Source of the DNA: Octopus vulgaris
Taxonomy: Eukaryota
Assembly (NCBI GenBank): GCA_951406725.2
Contig: OX597829.1
Location: forward strand, 43,648,001 to 43,712,000
Reading direction: 5' to 3'
DNA: 64,000 nucleotides
Shown here: positions 40,655 to 59,194 of the stretch, in pieces
How positions within the stretch are numbered: position 1 is the stretch's first letter
Layout: the number at the start of each line of letters is the position of its first letter
Translations under genes and position numbers: made by a program
The notes under the pieces: generated by a model
Database searches by the model: none
Told to the model about the DNA's origin: nothing
What the model saw: only the letters and a program-made list of their open reading frames with translations

Positions 40655-41025
40655 ATATTTCAGTTACTGGGCTGCGGCCCTAACAGGCTTTACATCTAAG
40701 AGATTTTAGTCGAATGAATCGACTATGATGCTTATTTTGAATTTCTAACGTTCCCTTTTGCCGAACCTCTAGGTTACAGAGACGTAAACACAGCAACACC
40801 GGTTGTCCAGTGATAGAGGGGAATATATGGTAAAAACACAGACACACACACACACACTCACACACACAGATATGCAACAGGTTTGTTTTAGTTTTCATGA
40901 GCAAATTCCATTCCTGTGGCTTTGATCAGCTGGCGGCTAAGGTAGAAGGCAATTGTCCAGGTGCAAAACAGAGGGGCCGAACCCAGAATCATCCAATTGG
41001 AAAGCTAACTTTTTAAAACACAGCT
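40655..41025 (-). mobile_element. SINE family A, old diverged copy
   Basis: ccttttgccgaacc...gacgtaaacacagcaacaccggttgtc matches the minus-strand family A body. Confidence 0.65.
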
Positions 41026-41175
41026 ATATATATATATATATCTGTGTGTCTGTGTGTTTAAGTATAAATGTAAATATAAATATCTACCTACCTACCTACC
41101 TACCTACCTACCTACCTACCTACCTACCTACCTACCTACCTACCTACCTACCTAACTACCTACCTACCTATCTAC

Positions 41176-41217
<42 letters not shown>

Positions 41218-41327
41218 CTCTATATATATATAAACACATACACGTATATATTTTATGTATATCTATATATTTGTTTGCATGTGAACATATGCATGTGTGC
41301 ATCTGTGCATGCATGTATATATATACA

Positions 41328-41381
<54 letters not shown>

Positions 41382-41402
41382 TATATATGTACATATATAT
41401 AC

Positions 41403-41453
<51 letters not shown>

Positions 41454-42233
41454 CATACATATATATACATGTGCGAGTATGCGTGTAGGTATATACAGTA
41501 TGACGGTTTACACACGCACATTTATATGCATGTATTTATTTATCTTTTTGTGTGTATATAATACATACATTATGTACATATGCAAATACATACCAAAATA
41601 TGCCTAAAATATTTGAATAAATATGTATATATATATTATACATATATGTAACAAGTATACACACACACATATATATGCATATGTGTACACATATGCATAT
41701 ATATATATATATATATACATACACAGACACTCACACACATGCGTATATACATATACATATACATATATATATACACACACACATATATGTGTATGTGTGT
41801 ATATATACGAATATATATATATGTGTGGGTGTTTCTGTTGCTGAAAGAAAACTGATGTCGACACATGATGGACAGAAATATGACCACACATATTTATTGA
41901 AGCTGACATAATGCAGTCAGATTTATCATCTCGGCATTCCTTAAACACACTGCCATGATCATTGACACTTAAAATTAACGACGCTCTGCAAGTCAACAAT
42001 GGCCAGCTATCAATGTTTAACAGCACGTAACAAATATCACGTTAGATGTCAGACATATTTGAATGGGAATCTACCTACGTACGTATATATATATATATAT
42101 ATATATGCTTATAAGTATACATGCATTCATGCATAGATACATACATACATACATGCATATGTACGTACGTACGTACGTATGTATGTATACATACATGCAT
42201 TTATGTGCATATCTGTGTATATATAGGTGCATA

Positions 42234-42400
42234 GGCGCAGGAGAGGCTGTGTGGTAAGAAGATTGCTTCTGAATTACATGAGTCTGGGTTCAGTCCCACT
42301 GCATGGTACCTTGGACAAGTGTCTGCTACTGTAGCCTCAGGCCGACCAAATCGGAATCTGAAAGAAGCCCGTTCTATATATACATAATATATATGTATAT

Positions 42401-42487
<87 letters not shown>

Positions 42488-42600
42488 TTGTGTGACTGTG
42501 TTTGTCCGCCCACTATTGATTGACAATCGATGCTGGTGTGAGTACGTCCCCGTAAGCTAGCGGTGTCGCCTAAAACGACCCATAGAATAAGTACTAGGCG
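42234..42600 (+). mobile_element. SINE family A, diverged copy
   Basis: ggcgcaggagaggctgtgtggtaag head and atagaataagtactaggc 3' module. Confidence 0.75.
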
Positions 42601-42753
42601 TTGTGTGTGTGTGTGTATAGAGGGGGGAAATGTGGAAGTACTTATTTACCATTGACAAGCCCATGCTAGAGCACTACTTTCTCATGCTATTATATGTGTA
42701 AAAGTATATATATTTGCATTGTTCTAAAAGTCGTTGCACGTAATTATAAAGCT

Positions 42754-42798
<45 letters not shown>

Positions 42799-42943
42799 GT
42801 ATGTATGTATGTATGCATATATGTATGTATGTATTTATGTATGTATGTATTTATGTATGTATGTATGTGTTTGTATGCATATATGTGCACACATTCACAA
42901 AACTAACACTCAACGCATTCATACACGCACAATTAATCCCCAC

Positions 42944-43006
<63 letters not shown>

Positions 43007-43272
43007 GCACAAATATTCATGGGTGTGTGCTTGGTGTGTGTCTTCCTACCTGACTATGTAACTTTCTAATAGATCGTATTATTTACACGCACGCAGGTCA
43101 CCGCCGACTTCGAGTATATTATATGCATATGCACTATGAATAATAATTTGAATAAATATATGCATACATTTACATAGAGATGTTTTCTAATTACTATGTG
43201 AGTCTGTACGTGTGGGTACCTATTTGTCTGTCTTTTGTAGCTCTCCCTCCTTCCCTCTCTCCCCTCTACCCC

Positions 43273-43329
<57 letters not shown>

Positions 43330-43528
43330 CATATATATGAATATATATATATGTATAAATACAGAGAGAGAGAGAGAGAGATACACACAAACAGATAGAT
43401 ATACATGTATATACCCATATATATGAATATATATATATGTATATATATATATATTTACATATATACATTTATTTTAATACATAGACGCAAGCGCACAAAC
43501 ACATACGTACATACACGCACACACAGCG

Positions 43529-43561
<33 letters not shown>

Positions 43562-43619
43562 ATACAGACGTTCCAACATATATTAATGCACACACCCATA
43601 TATATACATATATATACAT

Positions 43620-43726
43620 GTAAACACACACATATATATCCATTTATATGTGTGAGTGTATGCGTATGTGTTTGTGTGTGTGTTGCGTATACGTCTAAAT
43701 TTCTGGTTATGTGTGCTTATATATAC

Positions 43727-43761
<35 letters not shown>

Positions 43762-43875
43762 CATGCATACACAAGTGCACACATATACACATATATATCC
43801 ATTTGCATGTGTGTGAGTGTGTGTGTGTTTGTGTGCGTGTGTTGCGTATACATCTAAATTTCTGGTTGCATATGC

Positions 43876-43919
<44 letters not shown>

Positions 43920-44120
43920 ATACACACACATATATCCATTTGCATGTGTTCATGTACGCGTATGTGTTTCTGCGTTTGTGTTGCGTATACGCCTAAATTT
44001 CTGTATACATGTATACACACAAATATATATCCATTTGCATGTGTGTGTGTGTATGTGTATGATGTTTATGTGTGTGTTGCATATACGTCTAAATATCTGA
44101 TTTTTATGTGCATTTATATA
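43620..44120. repeat. Four-unit minisatellite built from microsatellite-derived units
   Basis: Anchors atatatccattt and gtgttgcgtatacgtctaaatttctg each recur four times with variable (TA)n spacers. Confidence 0.8.
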
Positions 44121-44535
44121 TACATATACATTTAGATTTGACGGAGACACTCACGCGCAGATATTAACATATATACTGAAATACACATACATGCGTGGAG
44201 ATATATAATCCTTTGTTTTAGCCGTTAGAAATGATTCAGTATGGCGAAACAATGTTGGTGATGTTAAGTAATGTAATACACACCAACATCACTTACACAC
44301 ACACACGCACGTATATGTGTGTGTGAGTATATATATATATAATCATATATACATACATATATATATAAACATATATACACACATATATATACACATATAT
44401 ATATATATACACATATACATACATATATACACATACACACATATATATACATATATACACACACACATATATATACATATATACACAAACAACATCCCTT
44501 AAATATATATTTACGCACACATACACAACATCACT

Positions 44536-44582
<47 letters not shown>

Positions 44583-46061
44583 CAACATTACACACACAAA
44601 TACACACATGTATAGATGTATATATATATATATACGCATATATGCACACATATATACATATATTTATATGAGTATACATATGTATGTGCTTATACATATA
44701 CAGACATATATTTGTGCATGTGTGTGTGTATGTATGTATCAATAGTGTAAGTGATCCCACATGGTCAAAAGAGGTGAGGAAATGAGTAATACTGGAAAAA
44801 TATATAATGACGAACAACTATGTTTACTGCTTGTACGAACACAAAGTAATACATGCAACGTTTCGGACATTACTCCTTTTTCTAGACAAAAATGTGGAGA
44901 TGAAGAGAAAGCATGTTAAGAGAATTTTAATAACCAAAATATTCATGATTTTTCTTCATTTTAAGACCTGAAAAATATTGCCTTAATATGTTCGTGCAAG
45001 AAAGCTTGGCAAAGATGTTGCCTCTTTGAAGATGAAGCAGAACAGATTGCTGCCTTGGAAGAAGTTACAGTTTCGCATTCACCAAACATGAGTATCCTCC
45101 GTGTTATCATGTGCTGTCAGTTTCTATGCCTGTTCATGATCGAATCTTCAGCAACTTTGAGACTCATTCAACCAGCTATAACATCCAACAACTGGAACAG
45201 TATATATAAAAAAAAATTAAACTTGATTTCACATTTAAAGAAAATATACAAGTTTCAAAGAATTGTTAGCATCTAAATCGGGAGAAATAGATTTCTTTAA
45301 TGCTTCTTGTTGCAAAGTTGTTTCCTTCAGTTTCATTTTAACAAAAAGTTCGTTTACAGAAGCAAATAGCTACTGCTATAGATACTTCTGGAATTATTGC
45401 AAATTAGTTCATAAGGTGTAGGACTGCGCATTCTGCTTCGAAGCTGCTACTCAACCGTGCACATAATAACAGTCCTACGTGCTATATTTGCAAATGATCG
45501 TGACAAGCAGAGATTATGAAACAGGCCATGCTGAGAGTATGAAATGAGCGCGAAGTGTCTCATAGACATGCGTTTGTTGTTCTCAGTCGCATATTACAAG
45601 GTCTCAAAGTTAATACTAATATCATAAGTGGATCATGTCTTGCTCTTTAGAAATTTCAAGCAAACTCTACTTGTCATCACAAAGGGTACACCTGCCAATG
45701 AGTTGAGAGCATGCTTTCGAAAACCCTATATGTGTACCTGAGAACAAAAAAAAAAAAAAGAAAAAACTCAATCTATCAGCCAGCATGAGAGTTCAACTTT
45801 ATTGAGGTGACTCAACAGCCCAGTTTATAAGCATTTTACGTTGAATCAGGGCAATGGTCAACTACCTAACCTCTCAAAAAATTGCTATGAACAGTAGTGG
45901 TTTTCTGAGCATGTCATCCTTAGCAGCCAAATATGACTTCGTGCAGACATTAATTCAATCCAGATGGTACAAATGTATGTATATATGTGTACAAATTTGT
46001 ATGTTTATTTTATGTATGTATTGCATGTCTAGACATGTTCATATATATATATACATATATA

Positions 46062-46886
46062 TATAAATGATAAACCCCTGGGAAGTTTTACAAATTTTTA
46101 CCGTTCCAGTGATGGGTTGGATCTGAAGTCTTCGAATCAGATCTCTCCTTTCTGTTTTTGAGAAGAAGCCTAATTTCTCAATATTGTTATTTAAGCAGTG
46201 TGTTACATATCCCAGGACTCCAATTATTACAGGTATAAACCTGAACTTGTAATCCGGATAGAGTAACAGCAGATTTCTCAATAGTTCAGCATAGGTGTTC
46301 TCTTTTTCACTGATCTTCAGCTTTATGTTAACATCCGCTGGGCAGCAAATTTCCACAACTGTACATAATTTCTCTTCTCTATCCCAAATCATTATATCAG
46401 GTCTGTTGTGCTTACATTTTATTGAGGTCTTCACTGGTACATTCCACCAGTATTCCTTTTCATTATGAGTGGCTATGGCTTCTACCATACTGTGGGTTCT
46501 TATTTCTTTGTCCTCGGACTTATTTGCCGACGGATTTCATTATAGAGTGTCCAAGCAACAGCATCATTTCTCATCGGTAGATATATAGTGATGAAATTTT
46601 CGGACAACTGCTTTTGATGTAGATGATATCCGCTAAGTCTGCATCGGTTGTCACATCTTACGTCTTTTCTTTTCCTCTATCTCTTCTGTGCATCCTGTCC
46701 CTCTTTACATCAGGTACTTGGTTGATATTTCCTGTTACTGGATTGCAAACGCCTACCCTTCAAAGAGAGAGGTAGTAATCCGGTTGTTGGTCCATGATAC
46801 ACTGCTTTGTTCATCAATGTTATTATCATCTCGGAGTTTTCTACTAACATACCCATGCATAGTCTTCAGCTAATATAGGCTCATCC

Positions 46887-46887
<1 letters not shown>
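46062..46887 (-). mobile_element. 3' portion of an RLE-encoding non-LTR retrotransposon (R4-like), decayed
   Basis: KHNRPDIMIWDREEKLCTVVEICCPAD...EKENTY...IPVIIGVLG is a PD-(D/E)xK RLE. Upstream remnants FEG*AFAIQ*QEISTKY and DNRCRL...SSCPK correspond to the CCHC knuckle. Confidence 0.85.
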
Positions 46888-46917
<30 letters not shown>

Positions 46918-47005
46918 TGTATGTATGTATGTATGTATGTATGTATGTATGTATGTATGTATGTATGTATGTATGTATGCATGTGTGTGTGTGTATGTAT
47001 GTATG

Positions 47006-47039
<34 letters not shown>

Positions 47040-47432
47040 TGTCTGTATGTATGTATGTATGTATGCATGTATGTAGGTAGGTATGTATGTATGTATGTGT
47101 GTATGTATGTATGTATGTATGTATGTATGTATGCATGCATGTGTGTATGTATGTATGTATGTATGTATGTATGTATGCATGTGTGTATGTATGCATGCAT
47201 GTATGTATATATGTATGTATGTATGTATGTATGCATTGTGTGTGTATGTATGTATGTATGTATGTATGCATGTGTGTATGTATGTATGTATGTATGTATG
47301 TATGCATGCATGCATGCATGCATGCATGCATGTATGTATGTATGTATGTATGTATGTATGTATGTATGTATATATGTATGTATGTATATATGTATGTATG
47401 CATGTGTGTGTGTGTATGTATGTATGTATGTA
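46888..47432. repeat. (TATG)n compound microsatellite
   Basis: Direct reading. Confidence 0.95.
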
Positions 47433-47579
47433 TCATGTATGGAGCTGAGTGCACTGAAAATTGTATTTAGTGTTGTGCAATAATTTATCCACTCAAAATA
47501 ATTGTATGCACAGGAACGTCTTCGATAGTACATGTATATAGGATAGTACATGTATATATATAAAGAAAAATAATCGCTC

Positions 47580-49995
<2,416 letters not shown>

Positions 49996-51907
49996 GTTAC
50001 AGCGGCGCCGTATTCTGCCTATGTGATATTCAGCATGATCTCTGGCGTGCTTTATGTAGCAGAGCGTGCGAATTGGCCATGGTCTCAATAGGCTTTGTAG
50101 GCTAAGTCCAAACATGACGGAATTTGCTGCTAGCCGGGTTGAATTTTGGTTCGCGTGGAATGTCTTGTAAGTCACTTGCAGGTCTTTAGAGACATGTGAG
50201 ACGTCATCAGCAATGCAGAGACCAAACTCGACATGTTTCTTGGAATGAAATAAATATAGGAAGTGGTCTTACTTGGTCATGAGTCGACTTCCACCCTGTA
50301 TGTATGTATGTGTGTATGTAAGTATGTATATATGTATGCATGTATGTATGTATGTATGTATGTATGTATGTATGTATGTATGTATGTATGTATGTATGTA
50401 TGTATGTATGTATGTATGTATGTATGTATGTATGTATGTATGTATGTATGTATATGTATGTATGTATGATGTTCTTTTGTATTTTTAATCGTTTAAATAC
50501 TTCCTCTGGTTTCTAACAAAGATACAGAGTTCCATCATTGGAATGTCACATTTTAAACCTGAGAAAATTCTAGCATAGCTTTACCGTTCTGATTACAGAT
50601 TGTATTTAAGTGCGAATCAGTTGGTTGATTTCTTTTACTGAAAATCCATGTATGTATGTATGCATGTATGCATGTATGTATGTATGTATGTATGTATGTA
50701 TGCATGTATGTATGTATGTATATGCATGTATGTATGTATGTATGTATGTATGTATGTATGTATGTATGTATGTATGTATGTATGCATGCATGTATGTATG
50801 TATGTATGTATGTAGTAGCAATATTTAGCTTGAATTTTTGCTATGCAACTTCTGCAGAGAAATAGACGAGTAGCATTTCGCGGCCAAAATTCTTGAGATT
50901 CGGCTTAGAAAATAATGTACAATTTATTCATGTGAGTTGGAGGCCTTTGTAGTGAATCATATACGGATGATGTGAAGAGGAGGCGAAGGAAGTGGAAGGG
51001 AGGGAATCGAACTGGATGCGTTTGAATCAAAAGTTAAACACTATTTTACTAAATTAAATTTTTTTTTTTTATTAGAATACAACTTTGCTTATTAGTAGTT
51101 TCAAAAGGATATAGAGGTGATAAAGCGTGCTGGAATACGAATATTGGCTGGGTGAAGATTTGCTCATTTGTCTAAGAACATTAACTTTAACACTGCAGCG
51201 CTTGCCAATATTATCTTAATGGAATAATCTACGTTTATGGGTGATTCAATCTGAATTTTTTGTGACGAAGAAAAATTCGGAGACAAGTATATAATGTAAA
51301 TCAATTTACCTAAATACATTGCTTTCAGAAGGTTTTACGTTCAGTAAATTCAGTAATTTGATATACACGTTGAGATAATGGTAACATATATGTTGACGAC
51401 TAAATAGCAACGATAATTTTATTTCGTACGAAGAAGTCTATCGCAGCATATATATAACAGCTTACAGAAAAAAAATATATAAATGAAATAAAATGAAAAT
51501 GTAATGTTGAAATTAGACTATAAGAAATGTACGGTATGCACATCGAAGGCACACAGCTAAAACAACAAGTGTAATAAAACTACTCGGCAATGATATATCA
51601 AAGTTTCAGCAAAAACAAACAACTACTTAAATAAGGCAGCCATGTTTTTTTTTTTTTTTTTTGTTCTCTCTTAAATTCATTTATTTAATTTCATACATTT
51701 TATACATTTTTCATTTGTGTGTTTTATCAAAATAAAATAAAATCTTCCGATTCTGAATTATCTGCATGAGGTGAGTGTACTTATACACACTTATTTACAT
51801 AGAAAAAAACACACACACACACACATACACATATTATGTACACGTGTGCACGTACAAGTGTGTATGTATGTTTATTATATATATATATATATGTATGTAT
51901 GTATGTA

Positions 51908-51948
<41 letters not shown>

Positions 51949-52309
51949 ATATATGTATATATATATATATGCATACACACACACACATATATATATATGC
52001 ATGTATGTATTGTCTATGCATGTCTATATACGCATGTGTGAGTGTGAATTCTGTCTGTAAACAAACGTATGCATGTATCCACAGACAGTCACATATATAG
52101 ATATATGCATACGCACACACACAGATATAGACACACACGCACGCAAACACGCACACACACACACACACACACATGTATGTACCGGTATGCATATACAGAG
52201 CCTCAAAATATCGTATATACATTAACGCATCATTTATACATGCTTGTGTGTGTGCATGAGCACGCTCCTATTTGTGTATACATATGTATATATACGCACA
52301 TTATCATGA

Positions 52310-52914
<605 letters not shown>

Positions 52915-53581
52915 TGTTATTGCTGTAGTTGTTACTGAAACTGAAATACTTGCATGCATAAAAAAAAACAGTTTCCACTGTCTCCGGCTTTGTCTGATCG
53001 CCTGTCTGCCTGTTTCTCTCTCTGTATCTCCCTCTCCATTTTGCCCTCACACTCTTCTTCCTTTCCCTGTCTCTCTCTCTCTGTCTCTTTCCTTTATTTC
53101 TTTCTTTCTTTCTTTCTGTTTTTCATTCTCTTCTGAAACGGCTTCCCAGTAAAATCCTAACTATCCATTGCTAGAAATTAGGAGACACACTTCTCTTCTT
53201 TTATTTCAGCTTTTATTTTTTTTTTGCTGCCACATCTGTCATTCCATATGTTTGCTTAAAGATTCCTCTTGAGAATAGATTGTAAAGTTCAAATATTCTA
53301 AAGTTCTATTGCCACTGTCTGCCTTACTCGCTGCTAACAAGCGTCTCTGTAAGGTGAGATTTTATTGCAAAATTCAACACTCGGAAACTTGTGCCAGTCG
53401 CGTAAGAAGAAACCTTCGTAAACGGAAACAAATTGACAAACGTCTTTTTATAGAGAAACGTTACTTCATTAGGCAAACAGCCCCCCGTCAACTATTCGAC
53501 GCCATTTTAGAAACTGCTGTGTCTGGACCGTAGAAGAAAAAAAAAATTTATATAAAAACAAACTTATCTCAAAACGTGTGC

Positions 53582-53633
<52 letters not shown>

Positions 53634-53721
53634 TTAATAGAGCTTGAGTTCTTTTCTTCTCCTCTTGTACACACGTACGGATGTATATATATCTATGTAC
53701 GTGTATGTATGCATATGTATG

Positions 53722-53763
<42 letters not shown>

Positions 53764-53791
53764 TAAATATGTATGAGATATATATATATAC

Positions 53792-53863
<72 letters not shown>

Positions 53864-54044
53864 ATGTATGCTTACATACACGTACGCACGCGCACGTGCA
53901 CACACACATACATATATACACACCCACATATTTATGTGTTCCGAATGCTTTTACGCATGCATACGTGTTTGTGCGTGTTTTGTTGGGGGTTCTTTTCATG
54001 TATGCATAACTAGTAAGAACGACATATATATTTTTCCTCCCCTC

Positions 54045-54077
<33 letters not shown>

Positions 54078-54590
54078 AGATAAAGGCTAAAATATGGAAA
54101 AGAAAAAAAAATCTGTATAGCATTCCTATATATTGACATATTTAACCAATACCCTTACTTTCACTTTTGATTGCCAGTGTTAGACCCTTCTGGTCATTTT
54201 TATGGTTTTATTTTTTTTTTTTTATGTCATTGCAGCCATTTTTACGTCTTGCATTTTGACGAATGCATACATATATCATAGATCCGCACACATACGTACA
54301 CACACATACACACGCACATACAGACCACACATGCATACATTTAAATATATGCATACAAAAACATATACACTCTCACGCATAAGCGCACATACACACAGAG
54401 ACACACACACGCATATATATATTTATATATATATTTATATATATATGAATCTGTGCGTGATTGTGCGTGTGCGAGTGCTTGTGCACATGTACATGTTTAT
54501 TAATAAAAGGCAATGTGCTCACATGTTAGACATTTACGTATTTCAGCATTGTTAACATATCAACACATAATGGCTCACATATATTGATAA

Positions 54591-54799
54591 ACATATGATA
54601 GATCGTTAGCTACTACACGCATTTTTTATCTCTCCTTGTTTCTCTCCTTGTTTTTTTCTGTGTATCTTTCTGTCGAAGAGCGTAGGCTCGAAACGTAAAA
54701 GACTTTTTCTATTTCTTTTCCTGAGCGCTATACTAATACATCTGTTTGTTTGTACACTACCTGCCTTCGTCTTTCGTTTATTTTCGTAAACTTTCCCTT

Positions 54800-54800
<1 letters not shown>
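54591..54800 (+). mobile_element. ~200-bp hammerhead-bearing element, family H2
   Basis: Homologous to 33461-33667; motif tcttt-ctgtcga-a-gagc-gtag-gctc-gaaa-cg-ta-aaaga at 54665-54702; (TA)n on the 3' side. Confidence 0.75.
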
Positions 54801-54847
<47 letters not shown>

Positions 54848-54855
54848 AACGTATA

Positions 54856-57706
54856 TACTTAGATACTTAGATAGGATTTGGCCTCATTGACCCAGGCCAT
54901 AGCTAACTTAGTAGCACCACCTGGAAAAGAAATTTACTAATTTATTTTTGTATAGTTATTTTTAAGCACCATTGCCCATCCGATTAAAGAGTATGTTGTT
55001 TGCAGCTGTATATCCGGGTGTAGGTGGTTTATCTGGAATTTGTTGGAGATATTCATCCAGGAACGTTTTGAAGGTTATGAAATCTTTTTCCGCCTTTATA
55101 TGCTTTGGAATGATGTTAAAAAGAGTAGGTCCAGTTGAGGAGAAGTAGTTCTGTCTTAGTGATGTGATGTGCTGAGAGCACGATTTCTGTAGAGGACGCA
55201 TGGCACGGGGACCAAGCCTTGGGTGGATTTTTTAAATGATAATGATGTCTAGGAACAATTTCCGCATCATACAAATAAGAAAGCGTTCTCGGCGGCGTTG
55301 GAGAGAATACAGTTTGAGATTTGCGAGTCGATCCCAGTAATTAAGACCAGACATGCCATCAATATTTCTTGTAATTGATCTCTGGGGTGCTTCAAGCTTT
55401 TTAGTATTGTGGCTCGTGTAAGAAGACCATTGCGGGCAACAGTATTCAAAGTGAGGGTGGGCGAAGGTAGAAAAAAGAAGGATAATGGTTGGAGCATCTC
55501 TAGACTGAAATATCCTGAGGATCCAGAAACACGCCCTGCGGGCCATGTCGACTTTCTCGTTTATGTGGACACTCCAACTTAAGTTATCGTCGACAGTCAC
55601 ACCGAGGTGCCTAACGGTGTTTGATGCCGTTAAGTGTTCACCTGAAGGAAGAATGTATGGTTGTTTAAGTACAGCCTCTTTACCAAAGTGGATTAACTCA
55701 AACTTGCTCTCGTTCATGTTTCTGCGCCCATTGGATAATAGTAACTAGGTCCGATTGAAGCTTTGTTCGACCTCCCATCCTGTCGACAACCTTCAGAAGT
55801 TTAGCATCATCCGCTAAAATATTTATATTACTGTAATTAATGACCCTGATTATGTCATTTAAAGAATATGATTGTGCTTAAAGAATAGGATTGTGCTTAA
55901 CACAGTGCCTTGTGGGACACCACAGATGACTTTTGCTGTGCTTGATCAAACACCAATGATCATCACGTGATGCGTTCTGTTCACCAGAAAGGATTTAAAC
56001 CACTTTAGAAGCTTCCTTTGCACTCCAAAGCTGGAGAATTTTTTTAACAAGGTGAAAGGCCTTGCTGAAGTCAAGACATATGACATCTGCATTGGTTCCC
56101 TCACCTAAGGCCTTTAGGATATCATCGAAATGATGCAGGAGCTGTATAAGGCAGTCCCTGCCATTGCGGAAACCATGCTGGCTGTTATTTTCCAGGAATT
56201 GAGTCACTCTAGATCGCACCACTCTCTCAAATAATTTGATGCAATGAGAAGTAAGGGAGATAGGTCGGTAATTCACTGCCTGTGACTTGCTGCCCTTTTT
56301 GAAGACTTGAACGATCGACTGAGAAAGGAAACCGTCAGGAATATAGCCAGCGTCTAGTGATTTCCACCAGAGAATGGCTAGGGGGAATGCGAGGTGGTGG
56401 ACGGCATTCCTTCAGGAATTTAGCGGGGAATCTGTCAGAACCTGCAGCTGAGTTGTTTGTAATTTTACTTCTAGCTGCTATGATATCTGGGATACCAAAT
56501 GATATATCATACAGGGTGTGCTCAGGGTTTGATTCGTCAATGCTGTTCAGATTAATCAAATCCGGATTGCTAAAACCGGAGCAGCAATGCTTCTGCAGAA
56601 TTTCGACCATGTCCTCTGTACCACTTTGCTGTGTTTTGTTATCAGCAATGAGAGGTCCAATAGATGAGACTGCAACCTTATGTTTTTTAACGAATGAGCA
56701 GGACACATTTGGATTGGCTCTTATTTTATCAATGGATCATTTCTCTTCTGCTCTTCTTTGATCGTCAATAACATTTTCCAAACAGTTTTGGAGATGGTGT
56801 TTCCTCGATTCTAGCGAGTCTATATCCGCCATGTGGGAGTGTTGCAACTGGCAATATTTTCGCCGGCTGTTTTTTTTATTCATTCTCTTTATATTTCGTT
56901 TGTGTGATTTTCTAGGACGTGTTAGTTCGTATTTTGTCTTGTTCATGGAGCGTAGTGGCATGTTGTGTAGACATATGTTCATAATTCGCTACCATGATGA
57001 ATCAGTGCTTCTTGGAGTGAAGGAGTCTGTGAAGGACCATTCAATGAATGAGAGCTCATGGCTGATTGCAGACCAGTTAGCATTGTGAAGATCCATGAAA
57101 TCGAAGGGGTGTGATGGATTGAGATCACACGGATACGCAATTGGCTGCCAGAATCCTAGGCAACAGAGAACCATATCATGGTCGGAAAGAAGACTTATTT
57201 TTCACTGTAATATCGTGGATATTGTTTGTGTGGTTGCTTAGCACTAAGTCCAGAATGTTCTTGTTGAATTTCGTTGGCACGAGCACGAGTTGGGACAGGA
57301 AAAATTCATCCATAAATTGAAATAGCGATTCCACTGCGGCTTTGTCTGAAGTGAAAATGCACGCATCCGTTTTCACAGTTAACACAGGGGAAATTGAAGT
57401 CACCCATCATTAAAATATTATCAGGATGACATTGTTGAATGAAAGACTTGATATTCGTGAAGCAGTCCTTGAAGCACAATAGTGATGCATGAGGTGGCCT
57501 GTAGAGCCCAATTGTTGCTAAATCATTCGTTTTGTTGTGGACATATACTGATTCACAATAGCCATTGGAAAATAAGACATTTGTTTCTGCAGTAAATGAG
57601 TCATATAGGAAAATGGAAACTCCTCCTTTTCTTCTACCGATGCAGTCTGCTCGGATTGTGGTGACATTCCTTACTTTTATTTCAGCTTCCAAATGTGGTT
57701 GTCAAG
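54856..57706 (-). mobile_element. CR1-group LINE, near-complete ORF2 (APE + RT) as a frameshifted pseudogene
   Basis: LYRPP, MGDFNFP and NILDLVL (APE). NYRPISLTSHCIKLFER, QHGFRNGR and LDFSKAF (RT). LGVTVDDNLSWSVHI and YWDRLANLKLYSLQRRRER. Short (atctaagt)x2 tail at the 3' end. Confidence 0.9.
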
Positions 57707-57708
57707 GT

Positions 57709-57786
<78 letters not shown>

Positions 57787-57799
57787 TCACACACACATA

Positions 57800-57955
57800 C
57801 GGCGGGATTCTTTCGGTTTCAGTCTACTAACTCCACCGACAAATCACAAATCGGTCGGAGGCTATAATCGAACACATTTACCCATGATTCCACACGGTGG
57901 GACTGAGCCCGGAACCGTGCGGTTGGGAAGCAAACTTCTTACCACACAGCCACAC
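57800..57955 (-). mobile_element. SINE family A, diverged 5' part
   Basis: gtgggactgagcccggaacc...cttaccacacagccac. Confidence 0.7.
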
Positions 57956-58176
57956 ACATATGTATATTTGTGTGTGTGTCTGTTTGCTTGTGTGTGTGTG
58001 TCTGTTTGTGTGTGTGTGTGTTTGTTTATGTGTGTGTGTGTTTGTGTGTGTACGTGTGTGTGTTTGTTTGCGTGTGTGTACATGTGTGTGTGCGTGTATT
58101 TGTGTTTGTGTGTATTATACTACGTATTTATACATGAGTTGAGAGATTTTGCCTTTATGTTATATACAAACCTCTA

Positions 58177-58210
<34 letters not shown>

Positions 58211-58341
58211 TACACACCATACACGCACGCACTCGCATTAACATATATGCACACACGCGCACATACGCACTTACTCAACAAAATTTATCGTATGCTATCA
58301 CATTTGTTTGAAACACAAAACAGATGTGTGTGTGCGTGTGC

Positions 58342-58400
<59 letters not shown>

Positions 58401-58974
58401 CATGCGTACACAAACCTCCATATACACTCACACACATGTGTGTTCGTGTGTTTGTGTGTGTGTGTATTTGTGTGTGTTTCTATGCGTGTGTGTGTGTGGA
58501 TACCTAAACAAATATTTTATAAAAAGATATACAAAGCCAAAAATAAAAAAAAAAATAAAGAATATATATAAAGCAGAATTACAATCTTTGAAATCGAAGC
58601 TGATACTCACAAACAATAAATAAAATACATTTTAAAAAAACCCCAGAAAAGACAAAAAGCATACAACAAAACAAAAATGGAAATATATTCGGCATAGCTT
58701 TAATTCGCATATATAAGAAAGGAAATTGTTCTGTGCTAAAACAAATTGTAAATTTCTCCTCCAGTGGACAAATTTTAGTGTTTGGCGCCAAGAAGTCTCA
58801 TGATGAAGTGGCCTATTTGTTTTCTATTTACTTCACAAGTGGGTGGAATTGGTAATAATTTCTTCAACCAATATTCAAACAAGTATTATAGGAGCCGAAC
58901 CTTAAAGGTGAATAAACGAAAAATTTTTATGTTGTAATTCTTGAGTTATAAAATTCTCATATATAAATATATAT

Positions 58975-59013
<39 letters not shown>

Positions 59014-59158
59014 TTTAGGAACGTAGGTACGCACACACACATACACACACAGATACACATACACACGTACACACATTGACATATATGCATGTATGTATAT
59101 ATATATATGTGCATGTGTGTATATATATGTATATATGTATATATATATATATATTCAC

Positions 59159-59194
<36 letters not shown>

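Noticed and set aside
40615-40668. Minus-strand GAAA-cgtacg-TA motif
   Set aside because: No stem II or intact 5' core; the tacgtacg could derive from adjacent microsatellite variants.
44852-44890. Minus-strand gga-gtaatg-tcc-GAAA-cg-TT motif
   Set aside because: Stem II and GAAACGUU are present, but the CUGAnGA half is unrecognisable and there is no stem I.
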